Of a stretch of 64,000 nt of DNA, positions 44,301 through 51,538 are shown one piece after another. Under the pieces are notes generated by a model. That model worked only from the letters and a program-made list of their open reading frames with translations. It was not told where the DNA came from and did no database searches. Source of the stretch: Limisphaerales bacterium. Lineage in GTDB: Bacteria > Verrucomicrobiota > Verrucomicrobiia > Limisphaerales > SIBE01. Where the stretch lies: assembly GCA_044225505.1 (NCBI GenBank), contig JBGAIN010000027.1, forward strand, positions 687-64,686. Direction: 5' to 3'. A program made the position numbers and the translations under genes. Positions within the stretch are counted from its first letter, which is position 1; each line of letters begins with the position of its first letter.

Positions 44301-44794
44301 TCAATCTTGACCCGGGTAAGTTTCGGGGAATCGGAGCTAATTCGAATTCCGATCCAATCCGAGTTTCGAACGGTCACATCAATGAGGCTGATACTGCTGC
44401 TGATCGCGATGGCAACCTGATAGCCTCCACCGTGACCCGGATGATAGATATTCCCGGCATATCGAACCTCCACATTCTGCATCACGGAAAGGCCAGCCCC
44501 CGCGCCGAAAACCAAGCCTCTCCAATCTCCGGCTGCCACAGTCGCGGTGCCCTCGCCTGAAACATCTTCCCCAATGGAGTCATCGCGTGAAGCGGTAAAA
44601 ACAATTGGAGTCGCAGTTGTGCCTCGCGCATCTAAAACACCGTTCACCAACATCTGCGCGCCGCGATCAAATTTGAGAACTGCTCCCGCGCTAATCGTCA
44701 ACCGGACACCGGCGTCAATAGTTAGATCCCCGGTAATGTGGATTGTGCCAGCCCAGGTGGCGTCGCTGGAGATCGTGCCGTTGACAGTCGTAGC
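39720..44794 (-). repeat. Eight tandem ~190-220-aa modules (parallel beta-helix-like) spanning the frame break, capped by a PbH1/CASH-like beta-helix
   Basis: Conserved blocks per module: LTI.PG.V.K...I.V.GTL.A.GT...PIVFTS.RDD..GGD.N.NG....GDW.G...N.GSDASV......(V/I)RYAGN.Y.(P/H)GHG(G/Q)GY. The RY(A/G)GN Arg lies at fused residues 315, 512, 732, 922, 1121, 1320, 1525 and 1725. One anchor was checked: the R315 codon is at 44462-44464. Confidence 0.75.
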
Positions 44795-45406
44795 GCTTGC
44801 GGCGGAAGTAGCGAGCCGGGAAAGGGCAGAGATCCGCGATCCATTGCTGGTGCGGTTATCCGAAAGCACGACACCGGTCAAGGCGGCGTTCTGACTAATC
44901 GGGGGCGCATTGGCCGTGGTCAACGTCTGAACAAGAAAAGTCCGGAGGAGCGGGAGCGGCTCCCCAATCCCAGTGTCGCTGTCAATGGTGTCGGAAGCCA
45001 CGGCCGCCACGCCGAATCCCAAATTACCGGGTAGCGCAGCGCCCATTGATCTTGTTTCCAACTGGCCCTCTGAACGGACGGAACTGACCTCACTTTCACT
45101 GCGGGCAGCTGTCAGGACCGGGGATGAGGCCAGGGCGTCCGGCTCACCCTCTAAAGGGACGAGGGACTCCAGATCAGGAATCAAGGGCAGAGTTTCTCCC
45201 TGAGTCCCGGCAGCGGTGGCTTCCACAGGCTGGATTAGAACGAGCCCTTCCTGGCTCAGATTACCAACCCCGATCGGGTTCATGAGCTCGGCCGCGGTCC
45301 CGACATCGGGAAGCGGCTGCGCGCCGACCGCGAGCGCGGCCTCTGCGGAAAGCAGCAGGCGCGATTCTAGAGCCTCGAGTTGGAAGTTGGTCTGTGAAAC
45401 ACTCAT
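41096..45406 (-). CDS. N-terminal part of the giant surface protein (1,436-codon ORF; authentic sequence to about residue 1342, then out-of-frame tail)
   Basis: Starts MSVSQTNFQLEALESRLLLSAEA. Six copies of a roughly 200-aa module end in (V/I)RYAGN.Y.PGHGGGY. After ...GQGYTPSVRIEG (codon at 41381-41383) the sequence becomes low-complexity (PLPRSAAAVCSGAIRRGSGS...), while the -1 frame continues the module (SSPTIRSCRVLWSDSQGIGIGS...). Confidence 0.85.
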   Translation of the reverse strand: MSVSQTNFQLEALESRLLLSAEAALAVGAQPLPDVGTAAELMNPIGVGNLSQEGLVLIQPVEATAAGTQGETLPLIPDLESLVPLEGEPDALASSPVLTAARSESEVSSVRSEGQLETRSMGAALPGNLGFGVAAVASDTIDSDTGIGEPLPLLRTFLVQTLTTANAPPISQNAALTGVVLSDNRTSNGSRISALSRLATSAASATTVNGTISSDATWAGTIHITGDLTIDAGVRLTISAGAVLKFDRGAQMLVNGVLDARGTTATPIVFTASRDDSIGEDVSGEGTATVAAGDWRGLVFGAGAGLSVMQNVEVRYAGNIYHPGHGGGYQVAIAISSSISLIDVTVRNSDWIGIRISSDSPKLTRVKIDTARDAGLAGLMMATPVITDVTISGTALNGYRLEGDAVAGNLTWDTGNLPLHLASAVTIPSGVTLTIVPGQVIKLTGSQLIIVDGTLQAIGTAAEPIVFTSANDDSAGGDSNANGDTVGAAGEWTGLVFNDGSDASVVQFAEIRYAGNLYHPGHGGGYTPAIRLSGTTAALSDVLIRDVDSSGVSINSGSPKFSRVQVVRARHEAFNGALMANPDCVQLGASQTGGNQYVLRGGSLTSDRTWFMGGLPIYVQGDVIVEKGITLTIVNTQPVRLGGHMTIATGGTVKIAEGEIIKSHRGVTIIVDGTLTAIGTAAAPIIFTAHNDDSAGGDTNADGPSEGGAGEWRALAFNPGSDQSILAFVEVRFAGNTFHPGHGGGYLPSLSINSSATFKDVLVRDADARGIQIEGGSPQLVRVSVLRARYQGFAGKPTATPVLRNLSSSGTSLDGAYFLEGGDNTISTDWTWDFGGVPVQLEGHITVAAGVTLTILAGHTFRFYRGTVLSVNGKLNAIGTADAPIIFTCYRDPSEGTAGGEWQGIDLNDSADGSVLQNVQVRYAGNLYHPGHGGGYRPAVRITGAEVTMTDVIVSDSDSTAVRIVSGAPTLTNVAVVRARHDAFYGTLTATPVLTNLSATDASGDRYALDGGELPGDRTLWGGGLPIELYGDLTVPAGKKLVIAAGQVLKFSNGEQLIVEGTLEAIGTENKPIVLTSWRDDAVGGDSNDNGAGDAPISGDWQAVFLNAGSDASVLDYVEIRYAGNVYYHEHGQGYQWALRFKNTKARASHLRVYQPDWHGIRLEGGAPTLENVRVESSARGYAFWMTLDSDPKLSGLASVNNPGDAFVLDGGTLASDRRLNIITMPYVLDGNFTIAEGVKLTLDPGVVFKLSNEQAIEVSGTLDAQGSLARPIVFTSRRDDTALGDTWHDGDTPAAGGNWAYLRFTQTSKDSVLDHVDVRYAGNIHYNGHGQGYTPSVRIEGPLPRSAAAVCSGAIRRGSGSAAIRWVVHRVSKKSRFAGRGTTRFTYSTSWPLRNLSACLLQATARATALSWLEAACLVTGRGTAAVCRSTWPMR
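41379..41386 (-). other. Frame-break point joining the 1,436-aa and 8,444-aa ORFs (-1 shift, equivalent to one missing base, at a GAGGGT/CCC run)
   Basis: Minus-strand sequence is ATC GAG GGT|CC TCT CCC ACG. Frame A gives IEGPLPR (junk after this point). Re-reading one base gives IEG-SSPTIRSCRVLWSD, which matches the position-equivalent segment of the other modules (for example GYTPAIRLSGTTAALSDVLIRDVDSSGVSI). Confidence 0.7.
45347..45406 (-). other. N-terminal LE.R.LL(S/A)A-type leader motif of the giant protein (no classical Sec h-region)
   Basis: MSVSQTNFQLEALESRLLLSAEAALAVG. Motifs of the form LE-x-R-x-LL-S/A near the N-terminus recur in large secreted planctomycetal/PVC proteins. This is from my recollection; the function is unknown. 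Confidence 0.4.
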
Positions 45407-45935
45407 TTCGGCAAGACCACTTTCAGCCTGGACCGGCTCAAGGAAGGCAGTATAACCCAGAACCGCGGCACGCTGCGGCGGTTATAACAGCACAAAGTCT
45501 TAGGAACCCAGCCGATCCCCGTGATTCTTTCTCTGCGGCAGATCCGGACGCCCTAAGCCCTAACGTCTTTTCGGTGCACCCTGGGACGCTCCACCGATGC
45601 GATCGAACGGCCGGTGCAGCACCGGGTAGTCTGCGCATCTGGTGGGAGCACCGCTACCCATTTATTGTCCAGTATTAGACTTCAGTTGTCTCTCAGAGCG
45701 GAAGCGACCGCCCGGACGCCACACAGCTGCGGTCGCTACCGTCACCAGGAGCAAACGCCCAAGCGTGAATCCGGGCCTCAAGTGCTCAGCGGCAATGACT
45801 CTAGCGAACGGGGACAGTGGCAGTCCCCGACCTCAGGACTGAGCCCCTCGCGGATGGAAGCGGAGTTACTCGCGTCTGACATAGCTGGCGGCTGCGGTGT
45901 TCGTCCAGAAGTGATCCCTGCTCTTTCCGCTGGCG

Positions 45936-47684
45936 CTATGGCGCGGAGACACGGAAGAAGCGCGCTGCCTGGCCGGTGAGGGCCGGATAATTGAATTCAA
46001 CAGAGCCATTGTCTGAGGGATGCGCGCCGATCGGTGACCAGTGCACTAGATCGGACGAACTTTCACAGAGGCAAACCAGACCCTTTTCAGCTCGAACCGA
46101 TAAGTGCAGCGTGCCATCGCTATCCCGAGTTACGCCGTTAAACTCCGGTGGTGCCGCTGAACCCGTAATCTCCTGATGTTCGACTACCGTCAGAATTTTA
46201 TTTACCGGAACGTTGGTTAACGTTTGAACGATGCCGGAAGGCCATTCGATGCGTACGTTTGATGCCACGGTGGCATTCCCAAGTCCAAAATGAGCCACGA
46301 GAGGCGTGCCGCGTGAGCCTCCGAAGATCTCGCGGAGCTGCCAAACGTCTTTTCCCCCGAGCCGTGACTGGACACGAATCTTGGCGCCGATGCCGGCACG
46401 ATTGGACGCCCGTCCAGCGAGCCTCACTTCCAGCCACGCATTGGCACTTCCAGTGTTTCGGTAAAAAAGGTTCGGGAGAGCGGAGTCTCCTAGCCGGGTC
46501 ACGAATAAACTGAGCGCTCCCGAGTTGTTATAGTCGACCCAAGAAGCCGCCCAGCAAGTAACGTCAGATGATTCGTCTTCGGTGACGACATCGCCGGTCA
46601 GAATTTCCGGGAATGTTCCATCTTGGTTATTGTGAAAAAGTCGATTTCGGCCACCGACCGCATGGATAAATAGGTCAAGGTATCCATCGCCATCGTAGTC
46701 CCCCCAAGTGCCGCCCAGAGACCCGGATCCGTCCGGGCGCGGTCCAAACTCAGTCGTTGTGACGATGGAAAACTTCCCGCCGCCGTCGTTGTGGTAGAGC
46801 CGATCGTTCATCCCGTCGTTTCCGGCCAAAAAGAGATCTGGCAATCCGTCATTATCGTAGTCCCCCCAAGCGCCCCCGGGCGATCCTTCCGACCAACGAT
46901 CAAGCGCGACCGCGTTCGTCAGGACACGAGTGAAACTGCCGTTGCCATCGTTGTGGTAAACAGAATTGACGGCATTGCGAGTATTATTAGCCACAATCAA
47001 ATCGGGCCAACCATCATTATCGTAGTCGCCCCACAGGCAGTCATATCCCACACTCGTATCTGAAACGACCGCTCCGGATGTTACCCGCGTAAAAGTGCCG
47101 TCGCCGTTATTGTGCAATAAAACGTTCTTAGCGCCTCCATCGTCGAAACCGTGGTTTGCCGCTAGAATATCAACGAAACCGTCTCGGTCATAGTCGGCCC
47201 AGGTGATCGGCCCAAAATAACCGGTTTGATTGGTGACCACACCTCCGCTAATCGAGCGGAACGTTCCATCACCATTTCCGGCGTAGAGCGCCAGCCTCCG
47301 CGACGACGACGCCCCAACACCGGAGGCAACTGCAATGTCCAAGTTGCCGTCGTTATCGAAGTCCGCAGTGGCTGCGCCCACGTGGTCATTGACGTCCAGG
47401 ACCGGTTCACGCCCCTCAACTTTAGTGAAACCGGCCGTCGACGAATTTAAATAGAGCGCGTTCCTTTTCTGGAAGCCCGTCACGAAAAGGTCGAGCATGT
47501 CATCGTTGTTGAAATCACCCCAGGCACAGTAGACGTAGCCCCCGAGATCACTGGCGATAACGCTGTTCGTCACTTTAATGAGCTGGACGGAGTTGGATCC
47601 TGTGGCGTTTTCACTCGCGCGAAGTGTTCTTCCGGAGCCGTTCATGAGGAACGCTAGACAAAGAATCACTGTCATCGTTTTCAT
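45936..47684 (-). CDS. Secreted FG-GAP/VCBS repeat protein with an ASPIC/UnbV domain (CRTAC1-like) and a C-terminal ~60-aa RFFRV module
   Basis: Signal peptide MKTMTVILCLAFLMNGSG. Seven D.(D/N).DG..D repeats (DFDNDGNLDIAV, DYDRDGFVDILAAN, DYDNDGWPDLIVANN, DYDNDGLPDLFLAGN, DYDGDGYLDLFI...). ASPIC/UnbV block: NAWLEVRLAGRASNRAGIGAKIRV...REI.GGS....AHFGLG.......VRIEWPSG. Confidence 0.8.
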   Translation of the reverse strand: MKTMTVILCLAFLMNGSGRTLRASENATGSNSVQLIKVTNSVIASDLGGYVYCAWGDFNNDDMLDLFVTGFQKRNALYLNSSTAGFTKVEGREPVLDVNDHVGAATADFDNDGNLDIAVASGVGASSSRRLALYAGNGDGTFRSISGGVVTNQTGYFGPITWADYDRDGFVDILAANHGFDDGGAKNVLLHNNGDGTFTRVTSGAVVSDTSVGYDCLWGDYDNDGWPDLIVANNTRNAVNSVYHNDGNGSFTRVLTNAVALDRWSEGSPGGAWGDYDNDGLPDLFLAGNDGMNDRLYHNDGGGKFSIVTTTEFGPRPDGSGSLGGTWGDYDGDGYLDLFIHAVGGRNRLFHNNQDGTFPEILTGDVVTEDESSDVTCWAASWVDYNNSGALSLFVTRLGDSALPNLFYRNTGSANAWLEVRLAGRASNRAGIGAKIRVQSRLGGKDVWQLREIFGGSRGTPLVAHFGLGNATVASNVRIEWPSGIVQTLTNVPVNKILTVVEHQEITGSAAPPEFNGVTRDSDGTLHLSVRAEKGLVCLCESSSDLVHWSPIGAHPSDNGSVEFNYPALTGQAARFFRVSAP

Positions 47685-47727
47685 ACGATTAATTGAATTC
47701 GGTCGGATTGGGTTTGTATTTAGAACG

Positions 47728-48516
47728 CTAGTTCACCGGCAATCGCCGTTGAAGGTCGCGGAGATCGAGAAGGTCATCAGCTTTGGATCTCTCGAGATGG
47801 GCAGAGAACCGCTTGGGTGCCCGCCAGCGTTGATACTCGACGTGCCCATCAAGGAAGGACAGGTTGCATCCACGAGAATGCCGATCTGCAGGAAGATCAT
47901 TCCAGTTAGCGTAATCGCCCGAACCGATAAAAAAGAGACCGTCGTCAATGCTCTCTTCATGCTCGTCCAGGAACGCGAATACCTCCGAAGGGCCTGGCGA
48001 GGTAATGTAGGTCAAACGAGTTTTGAAAATGTAACCAGGGAAGGGGGCGGCCTCCAGGCTCGGCCAGACATTGCCGTAAATGTTGAAATTACTGCCCAGC
48101 CAACCCTCGACGCTATAGCTGCGCAAACGACTGACTCGGGTGCCTTGGATCAAGGACCGATCAGACGGGCACCGATAGACAGCGGGCGAGCCCACGGACG
48201 CATAGAGACAGCCGTTCGTGAGCGTCGCGACGTTCGTGTCGTACTGCGCATTACCCAGAATCCAAGAGTTGGAATAGGCCGTGGGGCGCCCTCCGATCAT
48301 CTTCGAAAAATTCGCTGGGAAGGCGTCATTGTTATCGGTTTCATAGAGAGTCCAAGCCAGCTGCAGTTGCCGCAGGTTATTTGCGCATTGCCTGGCTTGC
48401 GCTTTGCCTTTCGCCTTGGCGAGCGCCGGCAAGAGCATTGCCGCTAGAATGGCTATGATCGCGATTACGACCAATAACTCGATCAGTGTAAAGGCAGCGG
48501 TTGTCACTTTGTTCAT
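47728..48516 (-). CDS. Prepilin-type N-terminal cleavage/methylation protein with an H-X9-DG C-terminal motif (DUF1559-like pseudopilin)
   Basis: Likely start is ATG 48516, giving [36 protein letters not shown]. The track ORF extends to 48579. The C-terminus [18 protein letters not shown] contains H-X9-DG. Confidence 0.85.
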   Translation of the reverse strand: MNKVTTAAFTLIELLVVIAIIAILAAMLLPALAKAKGKAQARQCANNLRQLQLAWTLYETDNNDAFPANFSKMIGGRPTAYSNSWILGNAQYDTNVATLTNGCLYASVGSPAVYRCPSDRSLIQGTRVSRLRSYSVEGWLGSNFNIYGNVWPSLEAAPFPGYIFKTRLTYITSPGPSEVFAFLDEHEESIDDGLFFIGSGDYANWNDLPADRHSRGCNLSFLDGHVEYQRWRAPKRFSAHLERSKADDLLDLRDLQRRLPVN

Positions 48517-48585
48517 AGATGCCAGCTCCCATTTCCGTTGGTTTTCCGATGCGACTGCGACCCACCATCCCGTTTGCATCGGTGG

Positions 48586-49392
48586 CTAGTGCGCTGCAAA
48601 TTCGCTTAGCTTGCGAAAGTCTCTCTCGTCGTCGTCGTTCGAAACCGGCTGGACATCGCCTTCTTCCATTCCTTTTTTGGGCGCGCGCCAGGCCACGTGA
48701 TCCACATGCCCATCCGCAAACGACAAATTGCATCCTCGGTCATGGCGATCAGAGGGCACACTCCCTCCCCAGCCACCAAGCTCGATCTGATCGCCATAGA
48801 AAAAGCCGAAGATGCCGTCGCCAATGCTCTGCTCGTGCTCGTCGATGAAAACAAACGTGCCAGAAGGGCCAGGATTGACGAGTTGGTCAAGCGTGCGCAG
48901 GTTCGACGAGGAGTCATCATTGATTCCTTGCTGGAGATCGCCCGAGTCAATGTGAACATTTAGGTAAAGGTTCGCTGAGTAACTACGGAACCGACGCAAC
49001 CCCGGATGATCGGCCACGATCGAATGATCGACCGGGCAGTGATAGACAGTCACGGAACCAACTTCCGGATAGAGGATGCCATTGGTTATGCCACGGGTGT
49101 TAGTGTCCGTTTTGGCGTTTCCCCAAACCCAGGAGTTGCCCCATTGGTTGCTGACTCCTACCTGCGTAAATCCATTAATCTTGGTGGAAACATTGGGCGG
49201 AAAGCGGTCCTGATTCGATTGCACATACGCGCACCAGCCAAGTTGGATCTGCTTCAGATTATTCTTGCAGTAAACTGAGCTCGCTTTGGATTTCGTTTTG
49301 GCAAGAGCGGGAAGCAGCAGTCCTGCTAGAATAGAGATCACCGCCAGAACCACCAGGAGCTCGACCAATGTGAACGCCTTGTCTTGCTTCAT
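48586..49392 (-). CDS. Prepilin-type N-terminal cleavage/methylation protein with an H-X9-DG motif (DUF1559-like pseudopilin), paralogue of 47728..48516
   Basis: [37 protein letters not shown]; C-terminus [23 protein letters not shown] overlap with the anti-sigma stop. Confidence 0.85.
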   Translation of the reverse strand: MKQDKAFTLVELLVVLAVISILAGLLLPALAKTKSKASSVYCKNNLKQIQLGWCAYVQSNQDRFPPNVSTKINGFTQVGVSNQWGNSWVWGNAKTDTNTRGITNGILYPEVGSVTVYHCPVDHSIVADHPGLRRFRSYSANLYLNVHIDSGDLQQGINDDSSSNLRTLDQLVNPGPSGTFVFIDEHEQSIGDGIFGFFYGDQIELGGWGGSVPSDRHDRGCNLSFADGHVDHVAWRAPKKGMEEGDVQPVSNDDDERDFRKLSEFAAH

Positions 49393-50747
49393 CGATGTCC
49401 TCCTCTTACGGCTTTGCCCTCCTGCGGCGACAGAAACTCACCCGAAATCACTGTCGGCTCAGCTGTGCCAGGTAACGTCCACGCCACCGCAAGATGATCA
49501 TGGCCAAGGGCGGCCTTGTGGATGATTTGGAAGTAATATTTCTGGCCGGCGGTCAATGAGACGGGTGCACTTTGCTGACTGGGTTTTCCACCCCAATCCC
49601 GCGGTGCGGACTGATAGGCATGGGCAATTTGCACGCGATGATCGGCGGAATCATCCCGACTCAGCCAGAACGACGCGTCATCGTCCGCCGCAATCCAAAA
49701 CGTATATTCTCCCGTCGCGGGTGGGTGAAGGTATCCTCGAATGCGGGCTCCGTAATTGTCACCCCAATCGGATTCGCCTTCTAAACGATGGAGAATGTTT
49801 GTGCCATCCGGAGGCGCTGCAAAACGTTTGCTGAAGACAAAGCGTGCCCAAGAATCTCCGGAGACCTTTGTCCAATATTCGCGGGTAACGCTTCCCGTTA
49901 AAGGTAAGGCGATGGTGGAATCATTCGTCGCGACCAGGGCATAATGCCCCGCCGATACCGTGGCCCGGTTTGTTCCGCTCAAGCTGCGAATTGCAACTAT
50001 CCCTTCGTCAACTTCCAAGCGCGTTTCGTTTGTTAGGGATCGAAGCGAAAACTGCGTCCCAACGATGCGCGCCTCCGCTTCGGCCGTACGGAGAACCATT
50101 GGTTTGCCAAGCGGCTGAGACGCAACTGTTGCCCGGACCTCTCCCTGCAAAAGCTCAAATTTCTTTCCCCGAGACCAGGGAAGGATCTTGAGAACCGTTC
50201 CCGGCATCAGATTTAAATGCGTCGCTTCGGTGAGTGACTTAATTTGGATGGCTGTGGATCCCGAGACCATCAATTTATCGTTGGCCAGCAACTTCAGCAC
50301 TGCGGTTGGTTTCAGGGTCAGACTGGCTCGCTCCAGTTCCACGATGGCATCGCCACTCGCCATGAGGACCATTTCGGCCTGGTGAGGCCACCCCCAGACG
50401 AGAATCATCGCCAGCACGGCGAAGCACGCAGCCATTGCCAGCCAAGATCGGCTAGTGATATCCAAGCGCCAGGGCCGTTCCGGTTGACGAACACTGCCTG
50501 CGGCGTCTGCATAAGGCCGTTCCTGGAAAGGCAAGGATGGTTTCGAGCCGGTGACCCATTCCGGTTGGCTCACGGCGTGGCGAACGAGCACGTCCATCTC
50601 GAGTTGCGCGAGAATGATGCGAGCCAACCCTGGACGCTGTCGGAGTTCCGCTTTCAACCGGATAGCTTCCGCCTCGGTGAGGTCGCCTTCAACATAGGCG
50701 CCGACCAGCGTTTCGACCTCCCCAGGAATGCGTTCTTCGGGAATCAT
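49389..50747 (-). CDS. Membrane anti-sigma factor: N-terminal sigma-binding helix, one TM segment, FecR-like domain, C-terminal PA14 domain
   Basis: [22 protein letters not shown] is an anti-sigma N-domain style. TM segment [19 protein letters not shown] (residues ~102-120). FecR-like beta region ~125-255 ([10 protein letters not shown]...[10 protein letters not shown]). PA14 ~286-437: [18 protein letters not shown]...[23 protein letters not shown]. 4-nt overlaps on both sides. Confidence 0.75.
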   Translation of the reverse strand: MIPEERIPGEVETLVGAYVEGDLTEAEAIRLKAELRQRPGLARIILAQLEMDVLVRHAVSQPEWVTGSKPSLPFQERPYADAAGSVRQPERPWRLDITSRSWLAMAACFAVLAMILVWGWPHQAEMVLMASGDAIVELERASLTLKPTAVLKLLANDKLMVSGSTAIQIKSLTEATHLNLMPGTVLKILPWSRGKKFELLQGEVRATVASQPLGKPMVLRTAEAEARIVGTQFSLRSLTNETRLEVDEGIVAIRSLSGTNRATVSAGHYALVATNDSTIALPLTGSVTREYWTKVSGDSWARFVFSKRFAAPPDGTNILHRLEGESDWGDNYGARIRGYLHPPATGEYTFWIAADDDASFWLSRDDSADHRVQIAHAYQSAPRDWGGKPSQQSAPVSLTAGQKYYFQIIHKAALGHDHLAVAWTLPGTAEPTVISGEFLSPQEGKAVRGGHR

Positions 50748-51304
50748 GCCTGGTCTTTGAGGACATCCTGGATGCAGCGGCGCAACTGGTCGCGCAACCG
50801 GAACAGGGCACGCCTCACCGCATCCGCCTTTATGGCCATTTGTCGCGAGATCTCAACCGATGTCACCTCCAGGTAGTAGTGCAATTCAATGAGGCGGCGG
50901 CTTTTATCGGGCAACTTCGCCACGCAGTCCTGCAGCGCTTGGAGGCCTTCCTGGGCAGGCCAATCGACCTCTTGAGATTCCGCCAAGCCACGGATGTGCT
51001 CGGCCAGGTCGGCTAACTGATCGGGCATCGATCGGGTGCGTTCACGCCACGTGCGCAAAGCCACGTTCCTGGTCATACCGGCCAAAAGCGGTCGAACGTC
51101 CCGCTGTAAATCCCATTGATCGGCTTTGACCAGGAACTCCAGAAATACTTGTTGGGCAATGTCCTCTGCCAGTCCCGGCCATGGCGCCAGCCGGACGGCC
51201 AAGGCTCGCACAAAGCCGCTATGCACTTGCACAATTTCTTCTGGTGTCGTCTGGCTCACGGGACTGTTTCCTAATATCCCACCGCAGCCGCTGAAACGTG
51301 ACAA
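50744..51304 (-). CDS. ECF-type RNA polymerase sigma-70 factor (Rhodopirellula/Verrucomicrobium-type)
   Basis: Region 2: AEDIAQQVFLEFLVKADQWD. Region 4 HTH: LPDKSRRLIELHYYLEVTSVEISRQMAIKADAVRRALFRLRDQL. The track start is TTG 51304; an internal GTG (VSQTTPEE) is an alternative. Confidence 0.8.
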   Translation of the reverse strand: MSRFSGCGGILGNSPVSQTTPEEIVQVHSGFVRALAVRLAPWPGLAEDIAQQVFLEFLVKADQWDLQRDVRPLLAGMTRNVALRTWRERTRSMPDQLADLAEHIRGLAESQEVDWPAQEGLQALQDCVAKLPDKSRRLIELHYYLEVTSVEISRQMAIKADAVRRALFRLRDQLRRCIQDVLKDQA

Positions 51305-51370
51305 ACTTTTTTCAGAAAATGCTCATTCTGAGATCCAGCAGCTCACCTGATTCATCATGGCGATTCTGTC

Positions 51371-51399
51371 GAATCGAGCTCGGCGCAAACCAAGGTTCC
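51371..51399 (-). promoter_or_regulatory. Candidate ECF-type promoter upstream of the sigma gene (GGAACC-N17-CGATTC)
   Basis: The minus strand reads GGAACC (51399-51394), then ttggtttgcgccgagct, then CGATTC (51376-51371). This is about 70 nt upstream of the sigma start. It resembles the GGAAC-N16/17-CGT architecture of autoregulated ECF promoters. Confidence 0.25.
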
Positions 51400-51538
51400 C
51401 CTTCTAACCCTGGTTTGACAGCGTTGTGCGGTAACTTGAAAGCCGGCCGTACCGAGCCCCCGAGAGCCAGGCCCTCACGCCAGAAAGCGGCACTTAATCA
51501 CTGTATCTGAATTGCCTGAGGGAGGTGCCCTGCCTCAC

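Noticed and set aside
45407-45935. Small hairpins in the spacer upstream of the giant gene: TATAACC/GGTTATA at 45451-45486, GCGACCGC/GCGGTCGC at 45704-45736, and GGGGAC/GTCCCC at 45810-45828.
   Set aside because: The stems are short (6-8 bp), have no U tracts, and match no recognisable riboswitch or promoter consensus. On sequence alone they cannot be distinguished from chance structures in GC-rich DNA.
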